A stretch of 64,000 bases of DNA from Thermoanaerobaculia bacterium (lineage in GTDB: Bacteria > Acidobacteriota > Thermoanaerobaculia > Multivoradales > JAGPDF01), in NCBI GenBank assembly GCA_036397015.1, contig DASWJT010000146.1, forward strand, positions 10,378-74,377, in the 5' to 3' direction. Position numbers and translations under genes: made by a program. Shown piece after piece: positions 20,248 to 29,539 of the stretch (position 1 is the stretch's first letter; every line of letters starts with the position of its first letter). A model generated the notes under the pieces. The model made no database searches. It worked only from the letters and a program-made list of their open reading frames with translations, and had not been told where the DNA came from.

Positions 20248-21924
20248 TTGAGCAGCGCCGACGCCTCTCGCGAAGCGGCCGGCGGCGCGCGCCCGCGCGG
20301 CGCGCTGGCCGTTGGCGCCGGCATCCTGATCAGCCGCTTCGCCGGCTTGGCGCGGGCGGCTGCGACCAGTGCCGCGTTCGGCGTCGGAGCCTACGCCGAC
20401 GTCTTCCAGACCGCGCTGCGCGCGCCCAACATCCTGCAGAACCTGCTCGGCGAACAGGCGCTCTCGGCGTCGTTCATCCCGGTCTACAGCCGTTTCCTGG
20501 CGCGCGGCGACGCCGAGGGGGCGCGGCGGTTCGCCGGCGCCGTCTTCGGCCTGCTGGTCGCGGTGGCCGGCGGTTTGGCGCTCCTCGGCGTCGTCGCGGC
20601 GCGGCCGATCGTCGCGCTCTTCGCCGCCGGCTACCTCCAGGACGCGGCGGCGGTGGCGGCGGGGGAGGCGGCGGTCGATCGCTACGAGCTCGCCATCGCG
20701 GCGGTGCGCTGGATCTTCCCGATGACGGGTCTGCTGGTGCTCTCGGCGTGGGCCCTCGGCGTGCTCAACAGCCATCGCCGCTTCTTCCTTCCCTACGTCG
20801 CGCCGGTGGCCTGGAACGCCGCGATCGTGGCGGCGCTCTGGCTCGGCGGAGAGGGCCTGCTCGACGTCGCCGGCCCGCGCGCGAGCACCGGCGAGCGCCT
20901 GCTCTTCGCCGCCTGCCTCGGCGCGCTGGCGGGCGGGGTGCTGCAGCTCGCCGTGCAGCTGCCGGCGGTGCTGCACGAGGTCGGCGGGCTGCGCCTCTCG
21001 CTGTCGCGCTCCGTCGACGGCGTGCGCGAAGCGCTGGCCGCCTTCGCGCCGGCGCTCGCCGGCCGCGGCGTGGTGCAACTCTCCTCCTACCTCGACCAGA
21101 TCCTCGCCTCGCTGCTGGCGGTCGGCGCGGTCTCGGCGCTCGGGTACGCGCAGATGCTCTACCTCCTGCCTGTCGCGCTCTTCGGGCAGGCGATCGCGGC
21201 CGCGGCGCTGCCGGAGCTCTCGCGCTCGGCGGCGGGCACGGCGGACGAGCTCGTGCCGCGCGCGCGACGCGCGCTCGGCGATGCGGAATTCCTGCACCTG
21301 CCGGCGACGATCGGCCTGGTCGCCTTCGCGCCGGTCGCGGTGGCGGGCGTCTACCAGCTGCTCCCCGGCCGCTTCGGCGCCGCCGACGTGGCGCTCGTCG
21401 CCGCCGTCCTCGCCGCCTACGCCGTGGGCTTGCCGGCGTCGATCTCGTCGCGCGTGCTGCAGACGAGCTTTTTCGCGCTCGGCGACACGCGCACGCCGGC
21501 GCGCATCGCCGCGCTGCGCGTCACGCTCGGCGGCGCCGCCGGAGTGGCGGCGATGCTCGCCCTCGACCGCCTGCCGGTGGAGCGCTTGCCGGGCTTCGCC
21601 GCGGCGCAGCCGAGCGGTCTGCGGCTGGGCGCCGTCGGTCTCGCCCTCGGCGCCAGCGTCGGCGCCTGGATCGAGCGCGCGCGGCTCGGCCGGGCGCTCG
21701 CCCGGCGCGCCGGAAGCGTCGTGCCCGAGCGTCGCGAGAGCCTGCGCCGTCTCCTCGCCGCCGTCGCCGCCGCGCTGCCGGCCTGGGCGCTGGCGGCGTG
21801 GACGGCGGGTCTGCACCCGACGTTGCGGGCGACGGCGGTCTTCACCGGCTTCGCGGCGGTCTATCTCGCCTTGGCGCGAGGCGGCCCGCTCCCCGGCCTC
21901 GATCGCTTGCGCCGCCGCAAGTGA
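20248..21924 (+). CDS. murJ: lipid II flippase MurJ
   Basis: TTG start. MurJ/MviN N-terminal signature: ILISRFAGLARAAATSAAFGVGAYADVFQTALRAPNILQNLLGEQALSASFIPVY. It is polytopic throughout. Confidence 0.9.
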   Translation: MSSADASREAAGGARPRGALAVGAGILISRFAGLARAAATSAAFGVGAYADVFQTALRAPNILQNLLGEQALSASFIPVYSRFLARGDAEGARRFAGAVFGLLVAVAGGLALLGVVAARPIVALFAAGYLQDAAAVAAGEAAVDRYELAIAAVRWIFPMTGLLVLSAWALGVLNSHRRFFLPYVAPVAWNAAIVAALWLGGEGLLDVAGPRASTGERLLFAACLGALAGGVLQLAVQLPAVLHEVGGLRLSLSRSVDGVREALAAFAPALAGRGVVQLSSYLDQILASLLAVGAVSALGYAQMLYLLPVALFGQAIAAAALPELSRSAAGTADELVPRARRALGDAEFLHLPATIGLVAFAPVAVAGVYQLLPGRFGAADVALVAAVLAAYAVGLPASISSRVLQTSFFALGDTRTPARIAALRVTLGGAAGVAAMLALDRLPVERLPGFAAAQPSGLRLGAVGLALGASVGAWIERARLGRALARRAGSVVPERRESLRRLLAAVAAALPAWALAAWTAGLHPTLRATAVFTGFAAVYLALARGGPLPGLDRLRRRK

Positions 21925-23036
21925 GCCGCCCGCGACGAGTCTCGCGCGGATGTCAGGGCGGGGTCGTTCTCCTCGTCACAGTCATCGCCTGCAGCGCCGC
22001 GCCGCCTTTCGCCGACCTGCCACAGGAGCTGGCGGCCGTCGGGCTCGCCGCCGAGCTCGCCGATCCGGTGCTTCCCGACGCGGCGATGCGCACCTGGGCG
22101 CGGCAGACGGTGAGGGCCTCGCAGGGACCCGAGGAGCGGCTCACGGCTCTGCTGCGCGCCCTGCTGAGCCGGCCGGAAGCGCCGTTCCGGCATCGCGGCG
22201 GGACGACGACCAGCGTCCAGGAGGCCTGGGACTCGGGCGCCGCGAACTGCCTGACGTTCACTCACCTCTTCGTTCGTCTGGCGAGGGAAGTCGGAGTCGA
22301 CGCCTACTACCTGCGCATCCGCGAGGCGACGGGCTTCGACCGCGAGGGGGACCTGGTGGTGATCACCGACCACGTCGTGGCCGCGGCGGGAACGAGCGCT
22401 CAGCGCACGCTGATCGACCTCAGCGCCCGCCCGCTGCGCGACTTCGCGACGGTCGAGCGGATCGGCGACCGGCGCGCTCTGGCGCTCCACTACTCGAACC
22501 TCGGCGCCGAGGCGATCCGGGCGGGCGAGATCGCTCTCGCCGGCGAGAGACTGGCAATCGCGACCCGGCTCGATGCGGAGCTGGCCGACGGCTGGGTCAA
22601 CCTCGGCGTCGCGCGGCGGCGGAGCGGCGACTTCGCGGGCGCCGAAGCGGCCTACCGGCGCGCCCTGGCGGCGGATCCCGAGCAGGTCTCCGCTCTCCAC
22701 AACCTCGCGGCCCTGCTCGAGCGGCTGGGACGCGGCGCCGAGGCGCGCGCGCTGCTCGCCGCGATCGACGCCTCGCGTCTGCGCAGTCCGTGGTCGGCGC
22801 TGGCGCTCGGCGGCATCGCGCTGCGCGGCGGACGTCTCGCGGAGGCCGGGCGCTTCCTGCGCCGCGCCCAGCGGCTGCTGCCGGAGAGCGCCGAACCGTG
22901 GGCGGCGCTCGGCGAGTGGGCGCTCGCCCGGGGCGACCGCGTGCGCGCGCGCCGCTACGCCGAGGCCGCCCTGCGCCGCGAGCCGGGTCATCCCGGCGCC
23001 GAGGACCTGCTGCGGCGCCTGGGCGCGGTTTCCTGA
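21921..23036 (+). CDS. transglutaminase-like cysteine-protease-fold / TPR lipoprotein
   Basis: The GTG at 21921 overlaps the murJ stop (GTGA). Lipobox-like LVTVIAC is present. The transglutaminase-core-like elements are Cys (GAANCLTFTHLF) and His (VITDHVV). The C-terminus carries TPR repeats. Confidence 0.7.
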   Translation: MSRPRRVSRGCQGGVVLLVTVIACSAAPPFADLPQELAAVGLAAELADPVLPDAAMRTWARQTVRASQGPEERLTALLRALLSRPEAPFRHRGGTTTSVQEAWDSGAANCLTFTHLFVRLAREVGVDAYYLRIREATGFDREGDLVVITDHVVAAAGTSAQRTLIDLSARPLRDFATVERIGDRRALALHYSNLGAEAIRAGEIALAGERLAIATRLDAELADGWVNLGVARRRSGDFAGAEAAYRRALAADPEQVSALHNLAALLERLGRGAEARALLAAIDASRLRSPWSALALGGIALRGGRLAEAGRFLRRAQRLLPESAEPWAALGEWALARGDRVRARRYAEAALRREPGHPGAEDLLRRLGAVS

Positions 23037-23120
23037 GGCGGCGCGCGTCCCCAATTCTCGAAACCTCGCCCGATTCCGGCCGTAAGGAGGGGAGACGTCG
23101 GATTCGACGAGGAGAGAACG

Positions 23121-24230
23121 ATGAGCAAGGCCGGGAAGGTCGTGGTCGGTTCGGTGGTGCTGGGCGCCGCCGCCGTCGGCCTGTTTCTCTATAGCCGGAA
23201 CGCCGCCGCCAAGCAGGAGGGGCTCAAGACGGTCGAGGTGACTCGCGGCACGATCGTGCAGAAGGCGCTGGCGGTGGGTCAGATCGTTCCCGACCAGGAG
23301 ATCCAGGTGAAGTCGCAGATCTCGGGCATCGTCTCGAGGACGTTCGTCGAGGTCGGCGACCGGGTGGAGCAGGGGCAGCCGCTGTTCACCATCACGCCCG
23401 ATCCGACGCCGCTCGAGCTCGCCGGCGCCGAGCGCGAAGTCGAGCTGGCGCAGGTCGCATTCGACCGAGCGCAACAGGATCTCGAACGCTCGAAGAGCCT
23501 GTGGACCGGCGGCATCGTCGCCAAGGACCAGTTCGATGCGCGCGAGAAGGACTTCGACCACGCTCGCATCTCGCTCGAGCAGGCGAAGGACAAATTGAAG
23601 CTCATCAAGGAGGGCCGCATCGATCGCGCGGTCGGGCGCCCTGCAGTCGACTCGGTCATCCGCGCCTCGACTTCCGGCACCGTGCTCGAGCGCAGAGTGA
23701 ATCCGGGCGATCCCGTGGTGCCGCTGACCACCTTCCAAGAGGGTACGGTGCTCATGACTCTCGCCGACATGGGGACGCTCGAGTTCCGCGGCACGGTCGA
23801 CGAGATCGACGTCGGCAAGCTGCACGAGGGGATGCCGGTGCGCATCCAGGTCGGCGCCCTGCCCGGCGAGGAAGTGCCCGCGGTGCTGACCCGGATCGCG
23901 CCCAAGGCGCGCGAGAAGGAGGGCGCGACGGTGTTCGACGTCGAGGCCGCCATCGACGCCGCGGCGAGCGACATCGTGCTGCGCGCCGGCTACTCGGCGA
24001 ACGCCAACATCATCATCCAGGAGAAGCCCGACATCCTGCTCGTGCCGGAGCGGTTGGTGACTCTCGCCGACGGCAAGGCGTCGGTGGAGATCCCCGGCGC
24101 CACGCCGGAGGCCGAGCCGGTGAAGAAGGAGATCGAGATCGGCCTCTCCGACGGCCTCAACATGGAGGTCGTCGCCGGGCTCGCCGAGGGCGACCTGGTC
24201 GTTCAGCGCCCGCCGAAGGAAATCGAGTAA
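23121..24230 (+). CDS. efflux transporter periplasmic adaptor (MacA/HlyD family)
   Basis: 369 aa. It has an N-terminal anchor, lipoyl-like halves (QVKSQISGIV...VGDRVEQGQPLF; IRASTSGTV), a coiled-coil hairpin and a beta-barrel. Confidence 0.9.
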   Translation: MSKAGKVVVGSVVLGAAAVGLFLYSRNAAAKQEGLKTVEVTRGTIVQKALAVGQIVPDQEIQVKSQISGIVSRTFVEVGDRVEQGQPLFTITPDPTPLELAGAEREVELAQVAFDRAQQDLERSKSLWTGGIVAKDQFDAREKDFDHARISLEQAKDKLKLIKEGRIDRAVGRPAVDSVIRASTSGTVLERRVNPGDPVVPLTTFQEGTVLMTLADMGTLEFRGTVDEIDVGKLHEGMPVRIQVGALPGEEVPAVLTRIAPKAREKEGATVFDVEAAIDAAASDIVLRAGYSANANIIIQEKPDILLVPERLVTLADGKASVEIPGATPEAEPVKKEIEIGLSDGLNMEVVAGLAEGDLVVQRPPKEIE

Positions 24231-24254
24231 CGCGGCGACGGAGGAGCCGACGCC

Positions 24255-25487
24255 GTGTTCGTCCGCAACCACCTGAAGCAGTTCCTGCGCGACATCCGGG
24301 CGCAGAAGCTGCGCCTCTTCCTGACCGTCTTCGGCATCGTCTGGGGCACGGCGGCCGTAACGCTGATGCTCGCCTTCGGCCAGGGCCTGCACAAGCAGAT
24401 CGTGGTCAACCAGAAGGGTCTCGGCGACGCCATCGTCATCGCCTGGCCGACGCGCACGAGCCGGCCGTGGCAGGGCCTGCCGCGCGGTCGCGCGGTCCGG
24501 CTCACCGACGAAGATCTCGCCTTCATCCGCGGCGAGGTCCCCGAGATCGACCGCATGAGCGAGGAGTACGAGGAGACGACGCGGATCAGCTGGGGCAGCA
24601 AGACCCTCGCCGCCAGCACCTCGGGCGCCAACGCCGAATGGGGCGAGATGCGCAACATGGTGCCCGAAGAGGGGGGCCGGTTCTTCCACGAGCTCGATCT
24701 CGCCGACCGCCGGCGCGTCGTCTTCCTGGGCGATCAGCTCGAGAAGGACCTCTTCGGCGGGCCCGGCAAGGCGGTGGGCGAATTCGTCCGCCTGAACGGC
24801 ACGCCGTTCCGCGTCATCGGCGTGCTCAGGCCGAAGGCCCAGGACTCCTCCTACGGCGGCCGGGACAAGGACAAGGCGATCATCCCGGCGACGACCTTCA
24901 AGGCGATGTTCGGCGTCAAGTACGTCGACAACGTGATCTTCCAGGTCCTCGATCCGCAGCGGGTGCCGGCGGTGAAGAAGAAGTTCGTCGCTTCCGCCGC
25001 TGCGCGCCAGCGCTTCGACCCCGCGGACGAGGAAGCGATCACGATGTGGGACACCACCGAGGGCATGAAGTTCATCGACACCTTCTTCGTCGCCTTCCGC
25101 AGCTTCCTCGGCATCGTCGGCGCCCTGACCCTGGTGGTCGGCGGCATCGGGGTCTCGAACATCATGAACGTGGCGGTGGAGGAGCGCACCAGGGAGATCG
25201 GCATCAAGATGGCGCTCGGCGCCAGGCGCCGCTACGTCATCGGCCAGTTCCTCTTCGAGACGCTTTTCATCACCCTCGTCGGCGGCAGCATCGGCTTCCT
25301 CATCTCGTGGGGGATCTGCTCGGTCTTCCCGCGGCTCGGCTTCAAGGAGTACGTCGGCGACCCGGTGATCTCGTTCCAGGTGGCGGCGATCACCACCGCG
25401 ATCCTCGGCGGCATCGGGCTGCTCGCCGGCTACTTCCCGGCGCGCACGGCGGCGAATCTGCGCCCCGTCGAAGCCCTCAAGATGTGA
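24255..25487 (+). CDS. ABC transporter permease, MacB/FtsX type (paralog 1)
   Basis: 410 aa with a GTG start. Architecture: TM1, a large periplasmic domain, then a C-terminal FtsX 3-TM module (REIGIKMALGARR). Confidence 0.9.
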   Translation: MFVRNHLKQFLRDIRAQKLRLFLTVFGIVWGTAAVTLMLAFGQGLHKQIVVNQKGLGDAIVIAWPTRTSRPWQGLPRGRAVRLTDEDLAFIRGEVPEIDRMSEEYEETTRISWGSKTLAASTSGANAEWGEMRNMVPEEGGRFFHELDLADRRRVVFLGDQLEKDLFGGPGKAVGEFVRLNGTPFRVIGVLRPKAQDSSYGGRDKDKAIIPATTFKAMFGVKYVDNVIFQVLDPQRVPAVKKKFVASAAARQRFDPADEEAITMWDTTEGMKFIDTFFVAFRSFLGIVGALTLVVGGIGVSNIMNVAVEERTREIGIKMALGARRRYVIGQFLFETLFITLVGGSIGFLISWGICSVFPRLGFKEYVGDPVISFQVAAITTAILGGIGLLAGYFPARTAANLRPVEALKM

Positions 25488-25491
25488 CGCC

Positions 25492-26748
25492 ATGTTGCGC
25501 ATGGGCTTGATCTGGAAGCTCTTCCGGCGCGCGGCGCACATCCAGCGCAAGCGCATGGTGATGACCGTCGCGGCCATCGCCTGGGGCACGCTGTCGATCG
25601 TGCTGCTGCTGTCGTTCGGCGAGGGCCTGAAGGCGAACTTCAACAAGGGCTCGAAGGGCCTCGGCGAGGGCATCATCGTGGTCTGGCCGGGGACGACGGC
25701 GAAGGCTTTCGAGGGCTTCCCGCAAGGGCGCAGCCTGCGCTTCATCGAGGAGGACGTCCATCTGCTGCGCGAGTCGATCCCCGAGATCGCCCTCGCTTCG
25801 GCCGAGATGCGCCGCTGGGGCAACAACGTCGTGTGGGGGCGGACGTCGCTCTCCAAGCCGGTCGCCGGCGTCGAGCCGGAGTACGGCGAGCTGCGCAACC
25901 AGATCCCGCAGGCCGGCGGGCGCTTCCTCGACGAGCTCGACGAGCAGGAGAAGCGGCGCGTCGCCTTCCTCGGCAACAAGGCCAAGGACGAGCTCTTCGG
26001 CGAGCGGGAAGCGGTGGGCGAGACGATTCTCGTCAACCAGATGCCGTTCACCGTCGTCGGCGTGATGAAGAAGAAGGTCCAGATGGGCACCTACAGCGGG
26101 CCGGACGACAACAACGTGATCATCCCGCTGTCGACCTTCCGCGCTCTCTACGGCCGGCGCACGCTCTCCGATTTCGTCGTCAAGGGCGAGAACCCCGCCG
26201 ACAACGAGGTCCTCAAGCGGCGCCTGTACGAGGTGCTGGGAGGAAAACTGCGCTTCGATCCCGAGGACGAGCGTGCGCTCTCGATGTGGGACACGGTGGA
26301 GTCGCAGCGCGTCACCGCCAACATCTCGATCGGCATCGAGATCTTCCTCGGCGTCATCGGCGCCCTGACCATGGTCATCGGCGGTGTCGGCGTCGCCAAC
26401 ATCATGTACGCGGTGGTCAAGCACCGCACGCGCGAGATCGGTGTGCAGATGGCGCTCGGTGCCCGGCGCTCGTACGTCCTCGGGCCATTGGTGGTCGAGT
26501 CGCTGTCGCTGACCGCGCTCGGCGGCGTCATCGGCATCGTCGTCGGTGTTGGCATCGTCGAGCTCCTCGCTTTCGTGCAGGCGAAGTCGAACAGCGACGC
26601 TCTGCAGTTCCTCGGCACCCCGACGTTCTCCCTCGGCGTGGCGGCCACGACCGTGCTGCTGCTCGGCGCGATCGGCTTCCTCGCCGGCTTCTTCCCCTCG
26701 CGCCGCGCGGTGTCGATCCAGCCCGCCGAGGCGCTGCGCTACGAATAG
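25492..26748 (+). CDS. ABC transporter permease, MacB/FtsX type (paralog 2)
   Basis: 418 aa with the same architecture as paralog 1 (REIGVQMALGARR). Confidence 0.9.
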   Translation: MLRMGLIWKLFRRAAHIQRKRMVMTVAAIAWGTLSIVLLLSFGEGLKANFNKGSKGLGEGIIVVWPGTTAKAFEGFPQGRSLRFIEEDVHLLRESIPEIALASAEMRRWGNNVVWGRTSLSKPVAGVEPEYGELRNQIPQAGGRFLDELDEQEKRRVAFLGNKAKDELFGEREAVGETILVNQMPFTVVGVMKKKVQMGTYSGPDDNNVIIPLSTFRALYGRRTLSDFVVKGENPADNEVLKRRLYEVLGGKLRFDPEDERALSMWDTVESQRVTANISIGIEIFLGVIGALTMVIGGVGVANIMYAVVKHRTREIGVQMALGARRSYVLGPLVVESLSLTALGGVIGIVVGVGIVELLAFVQAKSNSDALQFLGTPTFSLGVAATTVLLLGAIGFLAGFFPSRRAVSIQPAEALRYE

Positions 26749-26760
26749 CGAGGTCGATCG

Positions 26761-27510
26761 ATGAATCTCTTCGTCGGCAGGAACGGCAAGAAGAACGGCA
26801 CGCCAGCGCAAGGCCCGCCCGCCATCATCAAGATGCGCGGCATCGGCAAGGTCTACGACAGCGGCGCCATCCAGGTCGAGGCGCTGTGCGCGATCGATCT
26901 GGTGGTGCGGCCGCAGGAGTTCGTCGCCATCGTCGGGCCGTCGGGCTCGGGCAAGTCCACCCTGCTCAATCTCGTCGGCTGCCTCGACACGCCGACCGGC
27001 GGCTCCTACCGGCTCGACGGCGAGGAGGTGGCCGAGCTCGACGTCGACGAGCTCGCCGACATTCGCAACCGCAAGGTCGGCTTCGTCTTCCAGAACTTCA
27101 ACCTGCTGCCGCAGATCACCGCCTACGAGAACATCGAGATGCCGCTGCTGTTCAAGGGCACGGGCGCGCGCGAGCGGCGCGAACGGGTGGAGGAGCTGCT
27201 GGCACAGGTGGGCCTCTCCGACCGCGGACACCACAAGCCGACCGAGCTCTCCGGCGGACAGATGCAGCGCGTGGCGGTGGCGCGGGCGCTCGCCTGCGAT
27301 CCGGCGCTCATCCTCGCCGACGAGCCGACGGGCAACCTCGACACCACCTCCGGCCAGGACGTCATGGGCCTCTTCGAGGGCCTCTCGGCGCAGGGACGCA
27401 CGATCGTCCTGATCACGCACGACTCCGCGCTGGCGCGGCGCACCAAGCGCATCGTGCGCATCCAGGACGGCCGCATCGTCGAGGACAGGCCCAACATCGA
27501 GGCGGCCTGA
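26761..27510 (+). CDS. ABC transporter ATP-binding protein (MacB/LolD-type)
   Basis: Motifs: Walker A GPSGSGKST, Q-loop, signature LSGGQMQRVAVARAL, Walker B LILADEPTGNLD, H-loop ITHD. Confidence 0.93.
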   Translation: MNLFVGRNGKKNGTPAQGPPAIIKMRGIGKVYDSGAIQVEALCAIDLVVRPQEFVAIVGPSGSGKSTLLNLVGCLDTPTGGSYRLDGEEVAELDVDELADIRNRKVGFVFQNFNLLPQITAYENIEMPLLFKGTGARERRERVEELLAQVGLSDRGHHKPTELSGGQMQRVAVARALACDPALILADEPTGNLDTTSGQDVMGLFEGLSAQGRTIVLITHDSALARRTKRIVRIQDGRIVEDRPNIEAA

Positions 27511-27589
27511 TCGATCGCGAGGACCTTCGCAGGGCTTCGCAGCCCGGGCTCGCAGTGGCCGGACTCTCGATCTGGCGTGGACTTGCCGT

Positions 27590-27982
27590 ATGCTGGCCGG
27601 CGTGAGGTCGCTCCTGGTCAGATCCGCTCGGGCAACCCTCGCGATCGTTTCCGTCGCGATGGCAGGCGAGAGCAGCGCCTGGCACAGTCACCCGCTCGAT
27701 GAGCCCGAGCTCCGAGCTCGAAGCTCGAGCGTGATCGAGCACACCGACGGATGCGGGCCGGCCGCTCACCTCGACCATGCCCACGACACGGTGCGCCCGG
27801 CGTGCCTGGCGTGCATCCTCGCCTCGAGCCCGCTCGTCGCTGCCGGCCCGCCGAGGCAGTTGGCGCTGACAGTCGAGGTCGTCGCGGCCGATCGTCGCGC
27901 GCTGGAGTTCGCGCCGAAAGGTCCCCGCCTTCGCCCCGCCGGCGGGCGAGCTCCGCCCGGCTCTTCCGCGCTCTTCGGCTGA
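27590..27982 (+). CDS. small His/Cys-rich hypothetical protein (putative exported metal-binding protein)
   Basis: 130 aa, with high GC3 when read codon by codon. It has a hydrophobic N-terminus (ATLAIVSVAMAG) and clustered ligand residues (WHSHP, EHTDGCG, HLDHAHD, CLAC). It sits directly upstream of the porin and ZnuA-like genes. Confidence 0.5.
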   Translation: MLAGVRSLLVRSARATLAIVSVAMAGESSAWHSHPLDEPELRARSSSVIEHTDGCGPAAHLDHAHDTVRPACLACILASSPLVAAGPPRQLALTVEVVAADRRALEFAPKGPRLRPAGGRAPPGSSALFG

Positions 27983-28049
27983 CGCCTCTGCGGCCCCTGC
28001 GGCCGCACCCCTTCCGCGTCCATCGGGTCCGTTGTTCCGGGTCCGCTCG

Positions 28050-28070
28050 CGACCCGCGACTCGCGGGTCG
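28050..28070. promoter_or_regulatory. perfect 9-bp inverted repeat (CGACCCGCG-ACT-CGCGGGTCG)
   Basis: I read it directly in the gap between the small His/Cys ORF and the porin gene, 32 nt upstream of the porin ATG. It could be an RNA hairpin or a dimeric regulator site. Confidence 0.4.
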
Positions 28071-28101
28071 GCCAGATGATCGAGAGTTCGAGGAGTGAAG
28101 A

Positions 28102-29526
28102 ATGATCCGTCGAGATCGTGGAGCGATCGAGCGGCTGTGGTTTCGGGCCGGGATCTTTTCGGCCGTGGTCCTGCTGCTCCAGATGCCCCTGTTCGCGCAG
28201 TCGCCCGCGCCGGCCGAGCCGGAGGCGACGCTCCGGCAGGAGATCGAGCAGATGCGCGCCGACTACGAGCAGCGCCTGGCCGCGCTGGAGGCGAAGCTCG
28301 CGGCGCTCGAGAGCGCGAAGGCGCAAGCAGCGCCAGCCGAACCGCCGTCGCCGCAGCCCCAACCGATCCCGGCAAGTCCTGCCGACGGCGCGCCCGCGCC
28401 GTTGACCCTCGTCTCCGGGAGCGGTGGCAAGAATTTCTTGAACCTCTCGCTCGACGGGCTGATCGCCGCTGGCGGATCGACCTCGTCCGACATCGAGGCG
28501 TTACAGACCGGTGGTCACGATCCGATTCAACGAGGATTCACCGTTCAGAACATCGAAACCGTCTTCGAAGGTGCCGTCGACCCGTACTTTCGCGCGCAAG
28601 TCAACGTGATCCTGCAAATCGACGCCGATGGCGAGACGGTGGTCGAGTTGGAGGAGGCTTTCGCGACGTCGACCTCACTGCCCAAGGGGCTGCAGCTCAA
28701 GGCCGGCCAGTTCTTCACCGAGTTCGGCCGGCTCAATCCGATGCACCCGCATGCCTGGGACTTCGTCGATCAGCCGCTCGTCAACGGACGCTTCTTCGGT
28801 CCGGACGGACTCCGCTCGGTGGGCGCGCGCCTTTCGTGGTTGCTGCCGACCGACTTCTTTTCCGAGGCCCTGGTCACCGTCCAGAACAGCCAGGGCGAGA
28901 CCCTGAGCAGCTTCCGGAGCGTCCCCGGGGAGACGCTCTTCGGCAGGGAGATCGTCGAGCGCGAAGTCGCTTCCGTTTCCGACCTGCTGATCGTTCCGCG
29001 CTACACCGCCTCCTTCGATCTCAGCGACACGCAGACGGTGCTGCTGGGAGCGTCGGCGGCTCTGGGCCCCAACGGGACCGGCGAGAGTCGTCGTACGCGG
29101 ATCTACGGCGTCGACGGCTACTGGAAATGGAAGCCGACCAACGCCTTCAAGGGATTTCCCTTCTTCAAGCTCCAGGGCGAGCTGATGCGCCGCGCCGCGT
29201 CGGTCGCCGCGGCGCCGGAAGAAGAGCTCCCGGCGGCGACCTACACCGACTGGGGCGGCTATCTGCAGCTCAACTGGGGATACGAAGCCAGGAAGGTCGT
29301 TGGCCTGCGCATCGACCGCGTCGGCGGCGACAGCGGAAATCCGGGAGATCCGGGCCTGGCCGAAAGGTGGCGGCTCTCGCCGGCCTGGACCTGGTTTCCG
29401 ACGGAGTATTCGAAGCTCCGCTTGCAGTACAACTTCGATCACGGCGACGCGCTCGAGCGCGACGAGCACTCCCTCTGGCTCCAGCTCGAGTTCCTGCTCG
29501 GGGCCCACGCGGCGCACAAGTTCTGA
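28102..29526 (+). CDS. outer-membrane porin-like beta-barrel with N-terminal coiled coil
   Basis: Signal peptide (IFSAVVLLLQMPLFAQ), then a coiled coil (LRQEIEQMRADYEQRLAALEAKLAALE), then a long amphipathic-strand region. The C-terminus is LQLEFLLGAHAAHKF with a terminal Phe. Confidence 0.65.
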   Translation: MIRRDRGAIERLWFRAGIFSAVVLLLQMPLFAQSPAPAEPEATLRQEIEQMRADYEQRLAALEAKLAALESAKAQAAPAEPPSPQPQPIPASPADGAPAPLTLVSGSGGKNFLNLSLDGLIAAGGSTSSDIEALQTGGHDPIQRGFTVQNIETVFEGAVDPYFRAQVNVILQIDADGETVVELEEAFATSTSLPKGLQLKAGQFFTEFGRLNPMHPHAWDFVDQPLVNGRFFGPDGLRSVGARLSWLLPTDFFSEALVTVQNSQGETLSSFRSVPGETLFGREIVEREVASVSDLLIVPRYTASFDLSDTQTVLLGASAALGPNGTGESRRTRIYGVDGYWKWKPTNAFKGFPFFKLQGELMRRAASVAAAPEEELPAATYTDWGGYLQLNWGYEARKVVGLRIDRVGGDSGNPGDPGLAERWRLSPAWTWFPTEYSKLRLQYNFDHGDALERDEHSLWLQLEFLLGAHAAHKF

Positions 29527-29539
29527 AACGAGGCCGACC

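Noticed and set aside
21861-26090. 1409-aa minus-strand ORF antisense to the TGase-like, MacA-like and FtsX genes
   Set aside because: It has no recognisable motifs and shadow-frame composition (runs of R, A, D, G, H). The sense-strand genes have clear family signatures.
26761-27510. This ATPase as the missing ZnuC of the downstream ZnuAB-like genes
   Set aside because: Its sequence and position (immediately after two FtsX permeases and an adaptor) mark it as the MacB/LolD-type partner of the exporter. It is separated from ZnuAB by two other genes.
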